Counted from the first letter of the stretch, positions 47,056 to 58,425 are shown. The stretch is DNA of 64,000 nucleotides from Patescibacteria group bacterium (GCA_024654525.1 JANLHI010000013.1:18036-82035); one strand, 5' to 3'. The notes: a model not told the origin generated them from the letters alone. A program made the numbers and translations.

Positions 47056-48116
47056 ATATAAAAAATTCCAAATTGCGGCGTGAGGGGTATACGCTTATTG
47101 AGCTTTTGGTGGCGATAGGGCTCTTTGGGGTGGTAACGGCGATTGCGGTGGGGGGATTCGCTCGTGCGCTTCGCACGCAACGGCAGGCACAACTTCTTCT
47201 TGTATCGAACGGAAACGTAAGTGAGGCGATAGAGGGGATTGCACGTGAACTGCGTGTGGCAAGAGATTTTCAAACCGATGTCGGTGGTTTTGGCAGTACC
47301 TGTTTCGGTGTCGTGGATGGAGCGCCGGCTATTATCCCCTTACAAGGCAATGCGCTCCGATTTAAAAATCCGAAAAATGAAGATGTGATATATCGTGCGT
47401 GTAATAATCGCCTTGAGCGTGGATTGACCGCGGGGGGCAAATTTGCACTCACTGTGTTTAAGCAAGTTTCATCAGGATCCGTAAAGGTTCAAAATCTGGA
47501 ATTTTCTATTTCCGGAAACAAACCGGGTTCCGATGTTTCCAGCGTAAGCAATCAGCCCGATGGATATCCTCCTCGGATTACCATAAAGATTAGCGTGGCT
47601 CCCAATTCGGATGATCCGGGTATCTCGGGGAGCGCGATGAGTCTTCAAACAACCGTAAGCGCACGGCTTATTGATGATCAGCCACCCGCACTCCGAGTAC
47701 GAAAATTTGTACAAAATACCGAAGGAACTGCAGAGCCGAAAGATTTCATGATGGCGGTTGTGGGGAATAAAGTGAGGCCATGCACTCGCTGGGAGGATCT
47801 TACGGATGCTCAAAGGGGAAATATTCCCCGTGAGAGTCTTCTTGTGGAACCGGGCACGGTAGAGGGGAATCCCGACGGTGGCGCGTGCCGTGATATGATT
47901 GCTCCCCTAATGGACAATGTGTGTTATTTCAGAGGATCCGAAGAAGGAACGATTGTAACGCTTGCAGAAGGGGCGTTTTGCGTGGATGAATTGCCAAATT
48001 CTTCGTACGAAAAGTTTTTTGATGATGATTGCAGGAATTCCGAGGGACATGGTTCAGTGCAGGTGGGCGAGACAAAAACATGTTCTCTTATTAATGTAGG
48101 GAAGACAACAAATTAG
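47052..48116 (+). CDS. minor pilin-like protein (PilW/FimT-like)
   Basis: Prepilin-type N-terminus REGYTLIELLVAIGLFGVV. Start overlaps the previous stop (ATGA). Confidence 0.6.
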   Translation: MNIKNSKLRREGYTLIELLVAIGLFGVVTAIAVGGFARALRTQRQAQLLLVSNGNVSEAIEGIARELRVARDFQTDVGGFGSTCFGVVDGAPAIIPLQGNALRFKNPKNEDVIYRACNNRLERGLTAGGKFALTVFKQVSSGSVKVQNLEFSISGNKPGSDVSSVSNQPDGYPPRITIKISVAPNSDDPGISGSAMSLQTTVSARLIDDQPPALRVRKFVQNTEGTAEPKDFMMAVVGNKVRPCTRWEDLTDAQRGNIPRESLLVEPGTVEGNPDGGACRDMIAPLMDNVCYFRGSEEGTIVTLAEGAFCVDELPNSSYEKFFDDDCRNSEGHGSVQVGETKTCSLINVGKTTN

Positions 48117-48119
48117 AGT

Positions 48120-48560
48120 ATGAATATGAGAGAAAAAATGGCACATGTAAAAGTTCGCACACGAGAAGGACAGGTGATGATGCTCTCTATTCTTGCATTG
48201 GGAGGGATATTTCTTGCGGCAACCACCGTTGCGGGAATGTTGATGGTGGCGCAAATACGGCAGTCGGCGGATTTTCAATCTTCAACCCGGGCAATCGCTG
48301 CGGCGGACACGGGAATTGAATGGGCGCTCTATAGCAGAACACACCCCGATCCAAACGATGCACTTCCGATGCCATCACTCCTTAGCAATGGAGCTACGGT
48401 GGACGTGCGTTGTTTCAATGAGTTGCAGCAAGAAATTTTAGAAAGTGACGGAGGATGCAGTAACGCGTCGACGACCATTATCCAATCAAGCGGGACTTTT
48501 TTGGATGCAAGTCGTATTTTCCAAGTGCAGGACGTAAATCCGTTTATTCCGGGTTTTTAG
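48120..48560 (+). CDS. minor pilin-like protein (PilX-like)
   Basis: Hydrophobic N-terminus GQVMMLSILALGGIFLAAT. Last gene of the pilin block. Confidence 0.45.
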   Translation: MNMREKMAHVKVRTREGQVMMLSILALGGIFLAATTVAGMLMVAQIRQSADFQSSTRAIAAADTGIEWALYSRTHPDPNDALPMPSLLSNGATVDVRCFNELQQEILESDGGCSNASTTIIQSSGTFLDASRIFQVQDVNPFIPGF

Positions 48561-50636
<2,076 letters not shown>

Positions 50637-50644
50637 CCGGATCA

Positions 50645-50682
50645 CTACACCATTCGACGATCGGCGGATGGTGTAGTGAGTC
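50645..50682 (+). terminator. hairpin downstream of ligA (weak terminator)
   Basis: CACTACACCAT-14 nt-ATGGTGTAGTG stem with a poor T-run (AGTCCTCTGTTTG). Confidence 0.3.
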
Positions 50683-50729
50683 CTCTGTTTGAAAAATAAA
50701 GGAGAGTTCCTTATACTGTGTGGGGCTAT

Positions 50730-50804
50730 GCGGGCGTGGTGTAGCCCGGTTAACACGTTCCCCTGTCACGGGAAAGATCGCCGGTTCGAATCCGGTCGCC
50801 CGCG
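50730..50804 (+). tRNA. tRNA-Asp (anticodon GTC)
   Basis: Acceptor GCGGGCG/CGCCCGC, D stem GTGT/ACAC, anticodon stem TTCCC/GGGAA with loop CTGTCAC, T loop TTCGAAT, discriminator G. Confidence 0.85.
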
Positions 50805-50805
50805 C

Positions 50806-51250
50806 CGCGTAAAGACTTGCTAAAGCAAGTCCACGCGGCTTCGCCCGAGAAGTCGAAGTGGATGAAGCTGAAGCTTAGTCTTAGCGAGTCGCGTGATGAG
50901 CTTGGCACGTGAGGTAACCCTTTTACGTGCCGTAGCGAATTTTACGCGACAGCGCTAGGATTTATACATGTACTGGGTGTATGTTTTAGAGAATCAGAAT
51001 GACAAGGGCTGGTATATTGGTTATACCATTAATCTTGAGAAGAGGTTAAGGGAACACCAGTCTGGATACGGCTCTCGCACAACAAGTGCCAGGAATAATT
51101 GGGAAATGATATATTACGAAGGTTATAAAAATCAACTAGATGCAAAAGGCAGAGAGAGATTTCTGAAAAGTGGTTCGGGTAGGAAATTTCTGAAGAAGCA
51201 GCTTAAAAATTATTTAGGCGTTGAGTAGTGAACCATCCGGTCGCCCGCGC
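50806..51250 (+). mobile_element. putative ~445-bp mini-element carrying a GIY-YIG gene, inserted at the tRNA-Asp 3' end
   Basis: 16-nt direct repeat ATCCGGTCGCCCGCGC at 50790-50805 (tRNA 3' end) and again at 51235-51250, flanking a single GIY-YIG ORF. Confidence 0.4.
50968..51228 (+). CDS. GIY-YIG nuclease family protein (UPF0213-like)
   Basis: 86 aa with the GIY-YIG motif YWVYVL...KGWYIGYTINLEKRLREH. Confidence 0.75.
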   Translation: MYWVYVLENQNDKGWYIGYTINLEKRLREHQSGYGSRTTSARNNWEMIYYEGYKNQLDAKGRERFLKSGSGRKFLKKQLKNYLGVE

Positions 51251-51263
51251 GTTAGAAATCTGT

Positions 51264-51295
51264 TCGCCCCGCTTTGCGGGGCGTTACAGTTTCTT
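51264..51295 (+). terminator. hairpin downstream of the GIY-YIG element
   Basis: CGCCCCGC-ttt-GCGGGGCG stem followed by TTACAGTTTCTT (weak T-run). Confidence 0.3.
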
Positions 51296-51633
51296 ACGTC
51301 CCGCCGTAGATCGGGAGTAGCGAATATGCGAAGGTGGACAAGTCTGTTCGCCTCCGCATCTTAAAAGGGATGTGAGTAAAAGACAGTCCCACCATAAAAG
51401 TCCAGATAAAATAATCATATGTTGTACTCCTTTTGGCGATAGGACTAGCTTGCCAATGGGAACAATCAAAACTTCTGTGCTTAAGTTTCAGACGGGTGCA
51501 GGAGTTTTGAAGAAAGAAGGAGATGGTTTTATGGAGTGTATTTATTTGCCTTCACAGTGAGAAACTGCAAAAGCCATCTTTGAACCTGTTGGTATTTCGG
51601 GTTTATTAAGAATTTTGATAAAATAAAAATAAT

Positions 51634-52263
51634 ATGAATACCAATGATTCAGCAAAAACAATAGTGTGCTACGGCGACTCAAACACTTGGGGTAGAGCTC
51701 CTAAAGCTGGGCGTTATCCTAGAAGTGTAAGATGGACGGGTTTTTTGCAAAAATTACTGGGGGATAATTATGAGGTGATAAGTGAAGGAGTTAGCGGAAG
51801 AACATTCGTAGTAGTAGACCCAGAAAATCCTTGGAGGTCTGGCATTACGCACTTGAAATCAATTTTAAGAAGCAATTTACCAATTGATGTAATGATAATA
51901 ATGCTTGGGACTAACGATACTAAGGATAAATTTAATCTAGAATTGGAAGATATTGGAAAACATCTGCAACAAACAATTGATTTAATAAGAAAAGAAGATA
52001 TAAAGAATATCTTGATTGTGTGTCCGTCTGATATTGTTATACCTGAAAGTGGCATCGCAGACCCAAGGTATATAGGGGGTTCAGATAAAATGAAAAAATT
52101 GCCGAAACTCTATAAGGAGGTTGCAGATAAAAATAATTGCCATTTTATAGATGCGGGGCAATATATTGCTTCAAGCACAATAGATGGCCTTCACCTTGAA
52201 CCCGAAGCCCATAAAAAACTTGCGGAGGTGTTAAGAGATGAAATCCTTAAAATGGCAATATAA
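51634..52263 (+). CDS. SGNH/GDSL-family hydrolase
   Basis: GDSNT catalytic-Ser block near the N-terminus and a DGLHL block near the C-terminus. The gene is visibly AT-rich relative to its neighbours. Confidence 0.8.
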   Translation: MNTNDSAKTIVCYGDSNTWGRAPKAGRYPRSVRWTGFLQKLLGDNYEVISEGVSGRTFVVVDPENPWRSGITHLKSILRSNLPIDVMIIMLGTNDTKDKFNLELEDIGKHLQQTIDLIRKEDIKNILIVCPSDIVIPESGIADPRYIGGSDKMKKLPKLYKEVADKNNCHFIDAGQYIASSTIDGLHLEPEAHKKLAEVLRDEILKMAI

Positions 52264-52444
52264 CCATCTATGACCGGTGATTTGGAAAATAAAATAAGGA
52301 GAGCAAAAGAATTTACCACTACTTCGAGGTAATTTTCAAAAGAGTGTATGGAGTCGAGTATTCCGATGAAGAAGCGCGCGAGTCCGACTATTTTTAACTG
52401 ATTAATCTCGATAAAGATAGGCAAAAAAATGCTATGATAAGCTG

Positions 52445-52825
52445 ATGTTTCAAGAAAAGAAAAAAATTCTTTGGGAAATTGCGCTATCCGTGGGTATTGT
52501 GTTTATTCCCACATATTTTATTTATCAAAGTTTGGCAGAAGTCACCTCATTTTGGGAGGCGCAGAATTTATGGAGTATCGCACTTGCAGTGTGCTGGATA
52601 GTGGTTGCTGCCGGTTATTATCACCAAGGATGGTTAGTGCACACAAAACGAAAATCAGATGATGTGTCTCTTGTGCTTCCTTCTGCAGTGTTTATGGTGC
52701 AATGCATTTTGTTTGTAAAAGGAATTTATTATCAGGATTGGTCTCTCATATGGGGGGCAATAGTGGTCAATTCCGGCGTAGTATTTAGTTTGTTTCAGAT
52801 TTGGAGGGTACGAAAGAATTCATAA
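52445..52825 (+). CDS. membrane protein (hypothetical)
   Basis: 126-aa ORF with four hydrophobic helices. Confidence 0.45.
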   Translation: MFQEKKKILWEIALSVGIVFIPTYFIYQSLAEVTSFWEAQNLWSIALAVCWIVVAAGYYHQGWLVHTKRKSDDVSLVLPSAVFMVQCILFVKGIYYQDWSLIWGAIVVNSGVVFSLFQIWRVRKNS

Positions 52826-52834
52826 TGATATGTT

Positions 52835-53467
52835 ATGAGGAATATGGTTCATTCGAATCTTACAAAAGACGAAATTCGCATATTCAAACGCCTCACCACA
52901 CCCGCGAAAATCCAGGACTTTCTCGATACTATTCCCATCAACTTTGAGAAGCATGGAGAAACTCTTTTTTCACCGCGGTGTGTATTTCGTGAATACAAAG
53001 CGCATTGTTTTGAAGGGGCATTGTGTGCCGCTGCGGTGTTGTGGTTCCATGGCGAGCGTCCGTTGATTATGAATCTCGAAAGTGCAGAGGGAGATGATGA
53101 CCATGTTATCGCGCTCTTTAAGCGTTATGGATGTTGGGGCGCGATTACTAAAACCAATCATGCCGTCTTGCGCTTCCGCGAGCCGGTATATAAGACCGTA
53201 CGGGAACTGGTGATGTCTTTTTTTCACGAATATTTTTTGGACGACGGAAAAAAGACTTTGCGGATGTACTCCGATCCACTGGATCTCTCCAAGAGGCGTT
53301 TTAAAGGATGGGTTACCTCCGAGGAGGGTCTTTGGGGCATCAACGAGGCATTTGATGAGGGACTGTATAATCCGCTTATCAATGCAATGCAGATAAAAAA
53401 TCTTCGCGTTGCGGATTCAATAGAGATACGGGCAGGAAAGTTGGTGATGTGGAAGAAGGGGAGATAG
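52835..53467 (+). CDS. hypothetical protein with a Cys...His pair (possible papain-fold enzyme)
   Basis: HCFEGALCAAAV ... DDHVIAL resembles a Cys/His catalytic dyad. No family could be assigned confidently. Confidence 0.4.
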   Translation: MRNMVHSNLTKDEIRIFKRLTTPAKIQDFLDTIPINFEKHGETLFSPRCVFREYKAHCFEGALCAAAVLWFHGERPLIMNLESAEGDDDHVIALFKRYGCWGAITKTNHAVLRFREPVYKTVRELVMSFFHEYFLDDGKKTLRMYSDPLDLSKRRFKGWVTSEEGLWGINEAFDEGLYNPLINAMQIKNLRVADSIEIRAGKLVMWKKGR

Positions 53468-53505
53468 GCTATGGGATTATTTAATGCGTTTGGTATTCTG
53501 AAGAT

Positions 53506-53772
53506 ATGTCAGAACGCATTACCGCTATCACCGTCACCTGTAAATGCGGGCAAAAACTTTTTAAGTATCAAAAAGCGGGAACGGGAAGATTGATTAAATG
53601 TTTCATTGCTCGTATTCTTGCGGATTACACCGGGATTCCTGAAAAAATAGGACTTGGTATTGCGGTGCTTTGTCCCGCATGCGGGGGGCGTGTAGGCACC
53701 ACGCAGCGGATTCACGGAAGCGTGGCGATAAAATTGAATCAAGGGCAGATTCAGGGAGTGCGAATTGGGTGA
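53506..53772 (+). CDS. small zinc-ribbon protein (hypothetical)
   Basis: C.C near the N-terminus and CPACGG later give a four-Cys zinc-ribbon arrangement. Confidence 0.4.
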   Translation: MSERITAITVTCKCGQKLFKYQKAGTGRLIKCFIARILADYTGIPEKIGLGIAVLCPACGGRVGTTQRIHGSVAIKLNQGQIQGVRIG

Positions 53773-53776
53773 TATA

Positions 53777-54265
53777 ATGCACGCTATGGTTATTCTCTTA
53801 AATGGTTCAATTAATTCAGGAAAAACCACTATCGCAAAGTTGCTTCAGAAGAAGATGTCAGATACCGCTTTTATTGAAGTGGATGACCTGCGCAATTTTG
53901 TTTCTTGGATGCCGCTCGCACAATCCATACCATTGAATTTGCAGAATGCGGTGGCGGTTGCAAATAATTTTCTTAAACGGAAGCTCAACGTGATTATTGC
54001 ATACCCGTTTTCGCAGAAGGGCTATCAGTATTTTCGTAAAAATTTAAAAATAACAAGGAACGCTATTTACGTATTTACCTTGCGACCGCAGGAAGAAATT
54101 GCTTCTCATAACCGCGGGGATCGAACACTTACGAGATGGGAGAAGAAAAGGATTCATGTCCATTACAAAGATGAGATTGCAAATCCCAAGTTCGGAGTTG
54201 TGATTGATAGTAGTGAGCATACTCCCATGCGTACTGCTGCGATAATTCTTAAATATTTAAAGTAA
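53777..54265 (+). CDS. P-loop kinase (CPT/AAA_33-like)
   Basis: Walker A LNGSINSGKTT near the N-terminus and DD after strand 2. Resembles chloramphenicol-phosphotransferase-like and zeta-like kinases. Confidence 0.55.
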   Translation: MHAMVILLNGSINSGKTTIAKLLQKKMSDTAFIEVDDLRNFVSWMPLAQSIPLNLQNAVAVANNFLKRKLNVIIAYPFSQKGYQYFRKNLKITRNAIYVFTLRPQEEIASHNRGDRTLTRWEKKRIHVHYKDEIANPKFGVVIDSSEHTPMRTAAIILKYLK

Positions 54266-54343
54266 TCAAAAATCCCCTTTCTCATAGGACAGCTTCTCAT
54301 TGTCTGTGGTGATTACTAAACAATGGGGTATACTATGTAAAAT

Positions 54344-56182
54344 ATGTTTGTATGCCAAAACTGTAAAAATTCATTTTCCATTACTTCCGAAGACACCGAT
54401 TTCTATAAAAAAATAGGAGTACCACCGCCAACATTTTGTTGGCTATGTCGTGCGCAGCGGAGGATGGCATTCAGAAATGAAAGGATGCTTTACAAAAGAA
54501 AGAGCGATTTTTCAGGGAAAGAAATTTTTTCGATGTATGCACCCGCCTCTACTACTGTTGCGGCGGGCGAGTCCGATTCGGGATATAAAGTATATGAAAA
54601 AGAGGTGTGGGTATCGGATCAGTGGGATCCTCTCCAATATGGAAAGAAGTATGATTTCAGTCGCCCTTTTTTTGAGCAGTTTAACGAGTTGCTTCACGAA
54701 GTTCCGCTTAAAAACCTTAATGTGGTAAACGGTGTCCGGAGTGATTATAGTAATAACTTTACCGAGCCGAAGAATTGTTATTTATGTTTCAACGGCAACA
54801 AATCGGAGGATTGCATGTATAGTCACGGGCTTACGCAATGCAGTGATTGTGTTGATGTATCGCACCTTTCAAAGTGTGAAAGTTGTTATGAAAGCTTTTG
54901 GCTTACGGGGTGTTCCCGCAATGTGGGGTGTGAGAATTGTGAAAACTCTTTCAATCTCTGGTTTTGCAAGAACTGCGTGGGGTGTTCCGACTGTGTAGGA
55001 TGCGTGGGGCTTCGTAAAAAGCAATATTATATTTTCAACCGCCCTTATTCAAAAGAGGAGTATCAAGGAAAATTTAAGGAATTGAATCTCGGTTCGTGGG
55101 AGTCATACCAAAAGATTAAAACGCAGGCAGAGGAATTGCACCTTAATTTTCCAAACAAATTTATTGATGGATTGAATAATGCGCGCGTGAGCGGTAATTA
55201 TGTGGATCATTCAAAAAATGTTCATGATTCCTTCTTTGTACGTGAAGGAGAAAATCTGAAGTTTTGCCAATATCTTCAGGAGCTTCCCGGGTGTAAGGAT
55301 TGTTATGACTGGTCGGTGTGGGGTGACAATGGACAGTTGATGTATGAGTGTCATGCGTGCGGATTAGGAACGCAGAATGTTCGGTTTTCCCTTTTTGTGC
55401 AAGAGGATTCACATGACATCGAATATTCCATGATATGCAGTGGCTCGCATCACTTGTTTGGGTGCGTGGGACTCCGCAAGAAGGAATATTGCATTTTTAA
55501 CACGCAATACCGCAAAGAAGAGTGGGAAGCGCTTGTGCCAAAAATCCGCGAACACATGAATGCAATGCCATATATCGACAAAGCAGGGTGCATATATAAA
55601 TATGGTGAATTTTTCCCTGCGGAACTTGCACCTGTGGCATATGAAGAATCCATGGCGCAGGAGTATTTTCCCTTGAACGAGGAGGAGATTAAGAAAAATG
55701 GGTATGTGTGGCGCGACTTCGGAAATCGGAATTACACTCCTACGCTTACGTTTGAAAAAATCCCTGACAATATTACCGATGTTCCCGATTCTATTACCGA
55801 TGAGGTTATTTCGTGCGCTCATGCAGGAAAGAAGTGCGGGCAATTATGCGTGAGTGCATTCCGCATTACCGTTGATGAGCTTACATTTCACAAAAAATTG
55901 GGAATACCGTTGCCGCGCATGTGCCACAATTGCCGGACGTTTGAGCGTTTGAAACGTCGCACGGGGTTGCAGCTTTTTGAGCGGAGATGTGAGTGCGCCG
56001 GAAGCGTATCAAATAACGGATTATATACAAATACCGTGGTACATTCTCACGGCGAAAATCAGTGTGCTACACGATTTGAGACTGCGTACGGACCAGACCC
56101 GAATTCTGCCGAAAGCTCCCGCGAGGCAAGGCGGAAAGAGATACTATATTGCGAAGAGTGTTATCACGCGGAAGTAGCATAA
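54344..56182 (+). CDS. cysteine-rich, internally duplicated cytoplasmic protein of unknown function
   Basis: 612 aa with more than 50 Cys and no signal peptide. N- and C-terminal zinc-ribbon-like segments are related (FYKKIGVPPPTFCWLCRAQRR vs FHKKLGIPLPRMCHNCRTFER). Two GCVGLRKK(Q/E)Y.IFN..Y.KEE blocks. Central CxxC-8-CxxC ladder. Confidence 0.65.
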   Translation: MFVCQNCKNSFSITSEDTDFYKKIGVPPPTFCWLCRAQRRMAFRNERMLYKRKSDFSGKEIFSMYAPASTTVAAGESDSGYKVYEKEVWVSDQWDPLQYGKKYDFSRPFFEQFNELLHEVPLKNLNVVNGVRSDYSNNFTEPKNCYLCFNGNKSEDCMYSHGLTQCSDCVDVSHLSKCESCYESFWLTGCSRNVGCENCENSFNLWFCKNCVGCSDCVGCVGLRKKQYYIFNRPYSKEEYQGKFKELNLGSWESYQKIKTQAEELHLNFPNKFIDGLNNARVSGNYVDHSKNVHDSFFVREGENLKFCQYLQELPGCKDCYDWSVWGDNGQLMYECHACGLGTQNVRFSLFVQEDSHDIEYSMICSGSHHLFGCVGLRKKEYCIFNTQYRKEEWEALVPKIREHMNAMPYIDKAGCIYKYGEFFPAELAPVAYEESMAQEYFPLNEEEIKKNGYVWRDFGNRNYTPTLTFEKIPDNITDVPDSITDEVISCAHAGKKCGQLCVSAFRITVDELTFHKKLGIPLPRMCHNCRTFERLKRRTGLQLFERRCECAGSVSNNGLYTNTVVHSHGENQCATRFETAYGPDPNSAESSREARRKEILYCEECYHAEVA

Positions 56183-56183
56183 G

Positions 56184-56214
56184 AAAAATCGCCGAGGCCC
56201 CGGCGATTTTTCTT
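56184..56214. terminator. bidirectional terminator between convergent genes
   Basis: AAAATCGCCG-aggccc-CGGCGATTTT hairpin flanked by A- and T-runs. Confidence 0.65.
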
Positions 56215-56232
56215 ATATGCGATAACGAAAAT

Positions 56233-56667
56233 TTATTCCGCGTTCACTTCCACTTTCTTTTTCTTCTCTGCGCCGGACTTGGGAAGTGTGATGGTAAGCA
56301 CTCCATTTTTTGATTTTGCAACCACCTTTTCCGCGTCCACGCGTACAGGAAGCGAAAACGCTCTCCGGAATTCTCCGTATTCCCGTTCGTAGCGGTACAC
56401 TTTTGCATCTTTTTCCTCTTCTTCCTTGCTGATTTTTCCCGAGAGAGAAATTGAGTCTTCGTTTACATCGATTTCAATATCCTTCGGATCAATTCCGGGA
56501 ACATTTGCGGTAATAGTCACTTCGCTCTCGGTTTCCGCAATATCTACTTTGGGAAATGAGGGGCGAAGAGGGGAGAGCGCGAAACTCGTCCTATCACCGA
56601 ACGGATCCCAAAAATCTCCGTCAAAGAAGCGATGCGCCAAAGCGTTGTCTTTGCGAATGATATTCAT
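56233..56667 (-). CDS. small heat-shock protein (Hsp20/alpha-crystallin family)
   Basis: Alpha-crystallin domain (VDIAETESEVTITANVPGIDPKDIEIDV...AFSLP...GVLTITLPK). The ORF is open upstream to 56733. Confidence 0.8.
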   Translation of the reverse strand: MNIIRKDNALAHRFFDGDFWDPFGDRTSFALSPLRPSFPKVDIAETESEVTITANVPGIDPKDIEIDVNEDSISLSGKISKEEEEKDAKVYRYEREYGEFRRAFSLPVRVDAEKVVAKSKNGVLTITLPKSGAEKKKKVEVNAE

Positions 56668-56957
56668 GAAAATAATGTTATGGTGTGTTATGCGCGCGAC
56701 CTTTCCCATTATAATATTCATATTAGCAGTCATGTCAAGAGATTGCTAATTACAAGAGAAAAACAAAGGTCCTTCGTTGAAAAATAGTGAAGGACCTTTT
56801 AAAATTGTACGGCAGATTTGCCGTTAGTTGTTCCTGCTCTCGCAGGAAATATTTTCAGCTATCAAAGAGCTTACTACTATTCTAGATTTTCTTGACAAGA
56901 GGTCAAGTTAAGATTGTGGATAACTGAAAATCGCTTTATTTTGCAAGGCCTTAGAGC

Positions 56958-58412
56958 CTATCGTGATTCTTCGTAAAGTCTTCCAAGTCCCAAAATATCG
57001 GGTTCATGGAAGGGTTTTCCGATGAGTTGGAATCCCACGGGGAGCGTTGAAAATTCTTTATCAACAGGAAGAGAAAGCCCGGGGAGCCCTGCGAGATTCA
57101 GAGAGAGAGTAAAAATATCTTCAAGATACATTGCAAGCGGGTCATTTACCTTTTCCCCTATTTTAAACGGAAGCGTGGGAGTGAGGGGAGTAAGAAGTAC
57201 GTCTACCGACTCAAACGCTTTTTCGAAATCTTGTTTGATAAGTGTGCGTACGCGTTGTGCTTTGTCGTAATATGCATCGTAATAACCGGATGACAAGACG
57301 AATGTACCGAGAATGATGCGGCGTTTCGGTTCCGCGCCAAATCCTTCACCCCGTTGCATGAGATACAGTTCCTGAAGCTGTTTGCCCTCTATTTCCTGCT
57401 TCCTGATTCTTGAATATCGTATTCCATCAAACCGCGCAAGATTTGACGAGGATTCCGCGGGAACAATGATGTAATAGCACGGTACCGCATATTTTGTATG
57501 CGGAAGTGAAACTTCTTGCACAGAAAGACCAAGAGACTTCATTTTTGAAATCGCCTTCTCTATATTTGAGTGTACTGTGGGATCGAGTCCATCGATAAAA
57601 TATTCTTTCGGAAGTCCGATGCGAAGTTTTCTGATACGGGAGAAATCGGGATTCAAAAGTTGTTCGCGGTATGTATCGGAATTTTCCGGATCGGCACTTG
57701 TCGCGTCGAGTGGATCTTTTCCGCGAATCACATCGAATACAATCGCTGCATCTTCTACAGTTTTTGTAATGGGACCGATTTGATCCAAACTTGATGTCAT
57801 CGCAATAAGCCCCGAACGGGAAACTGCGCCATAGGTCGGTTTGAGTCCCACCATACCGCAGAACGCAGAAGGTTGGCGCACAGATCCGCCGGTGTCCGAA
57901 CCCAATGCCGCGATAGCCATATCGGAAGCCACTGCGGCAGCGGAACCGCCGGAAGAACCTCCCGGAACGCGCGTGGGGTCATGAGGGTTTGTGGTTATTT
58001 TAAACGCCGAATTTTCGGTAGAAGATCCCATCGCAAATTCATCAAGATTTGTTTTACCGAGCAATACTGTTTTCTGTTCTTTTAGTTTAGCAATTACAGT
58101 TGCATCATAACTTGAGGTGTAATGTTCCAGTATTTTTGATGCGGCGGTAGTAATTTCGTTTTTTACCAGCATATTATCTTTGACCGCGAAGGGAATTCCC
58201 GCGAGCATGGGAACCTTTTCATTTTTCGCAATTGAGATGTCCACCTGTTCCGCTTCGCGGAGTGCGGTTTCTTCACGTGTACTCAAATAGGCGTTTATCA
58301 CGCCGTCTTTTTCTCGGATGCGAGCATAATAACCCTCCGCAATTTCAAGCGCCGTGAATTCTTTATTTATAAGGCCGTCGTGAAAGTTTTTAATGGTAAG
58401 ATTTTTTGCCAT
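56958..58412 (-). CDS. gatA: Asp/Glu-tRNA amidotransferase subunit A
   Basis: Amidase signature GGSSGGSAAAVA and overall GatA length and layout. Confidence 0.92.
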   Translation of the reverse strand: MAKNLTIKNFHDGLINKEFTALEIAEGYYARIREKDGVINAYLSTREETALREAEQVDISIAKNEKVPMLAGIPFAVKDNMLVKNEITTAASKILEHYTSSYDATVIAKLKEQKTVLLGKTNLDEFAMGSSTENSAFKITTNPHDPTRVPGGSSGGSAAAVASDMAIAALGSDTGGSVRQPSAFCGMVGLKPTYGAVSRSGLIAMTSSLDQIGPITKTVEDAAIVFDVIRGKDPLDATSADPENSDTYREQLLNPDFSRIRKLRIGLPKEYFIDGLDPTVHSNIEKAISKMKSLGLSVQEVSLPHTKYAVPCYYIIVPAESSSNLARFDGIRYSRIRKQEIEGKQLQELYLMQRGEGFGAEPKRRIILGTFVLSSGYYDAYYDKAQRVRTLIKQDFEKAFESVDVLLTPLTPTLPFKIGEKVNDPLAMYLEDIFTLSLNLAGLPGLSLPVDKEFSTLPVGFQLIGKPFHEPDILGLGRLYEESR

Positions 58413-58425
58413 TGGATATATCTCT

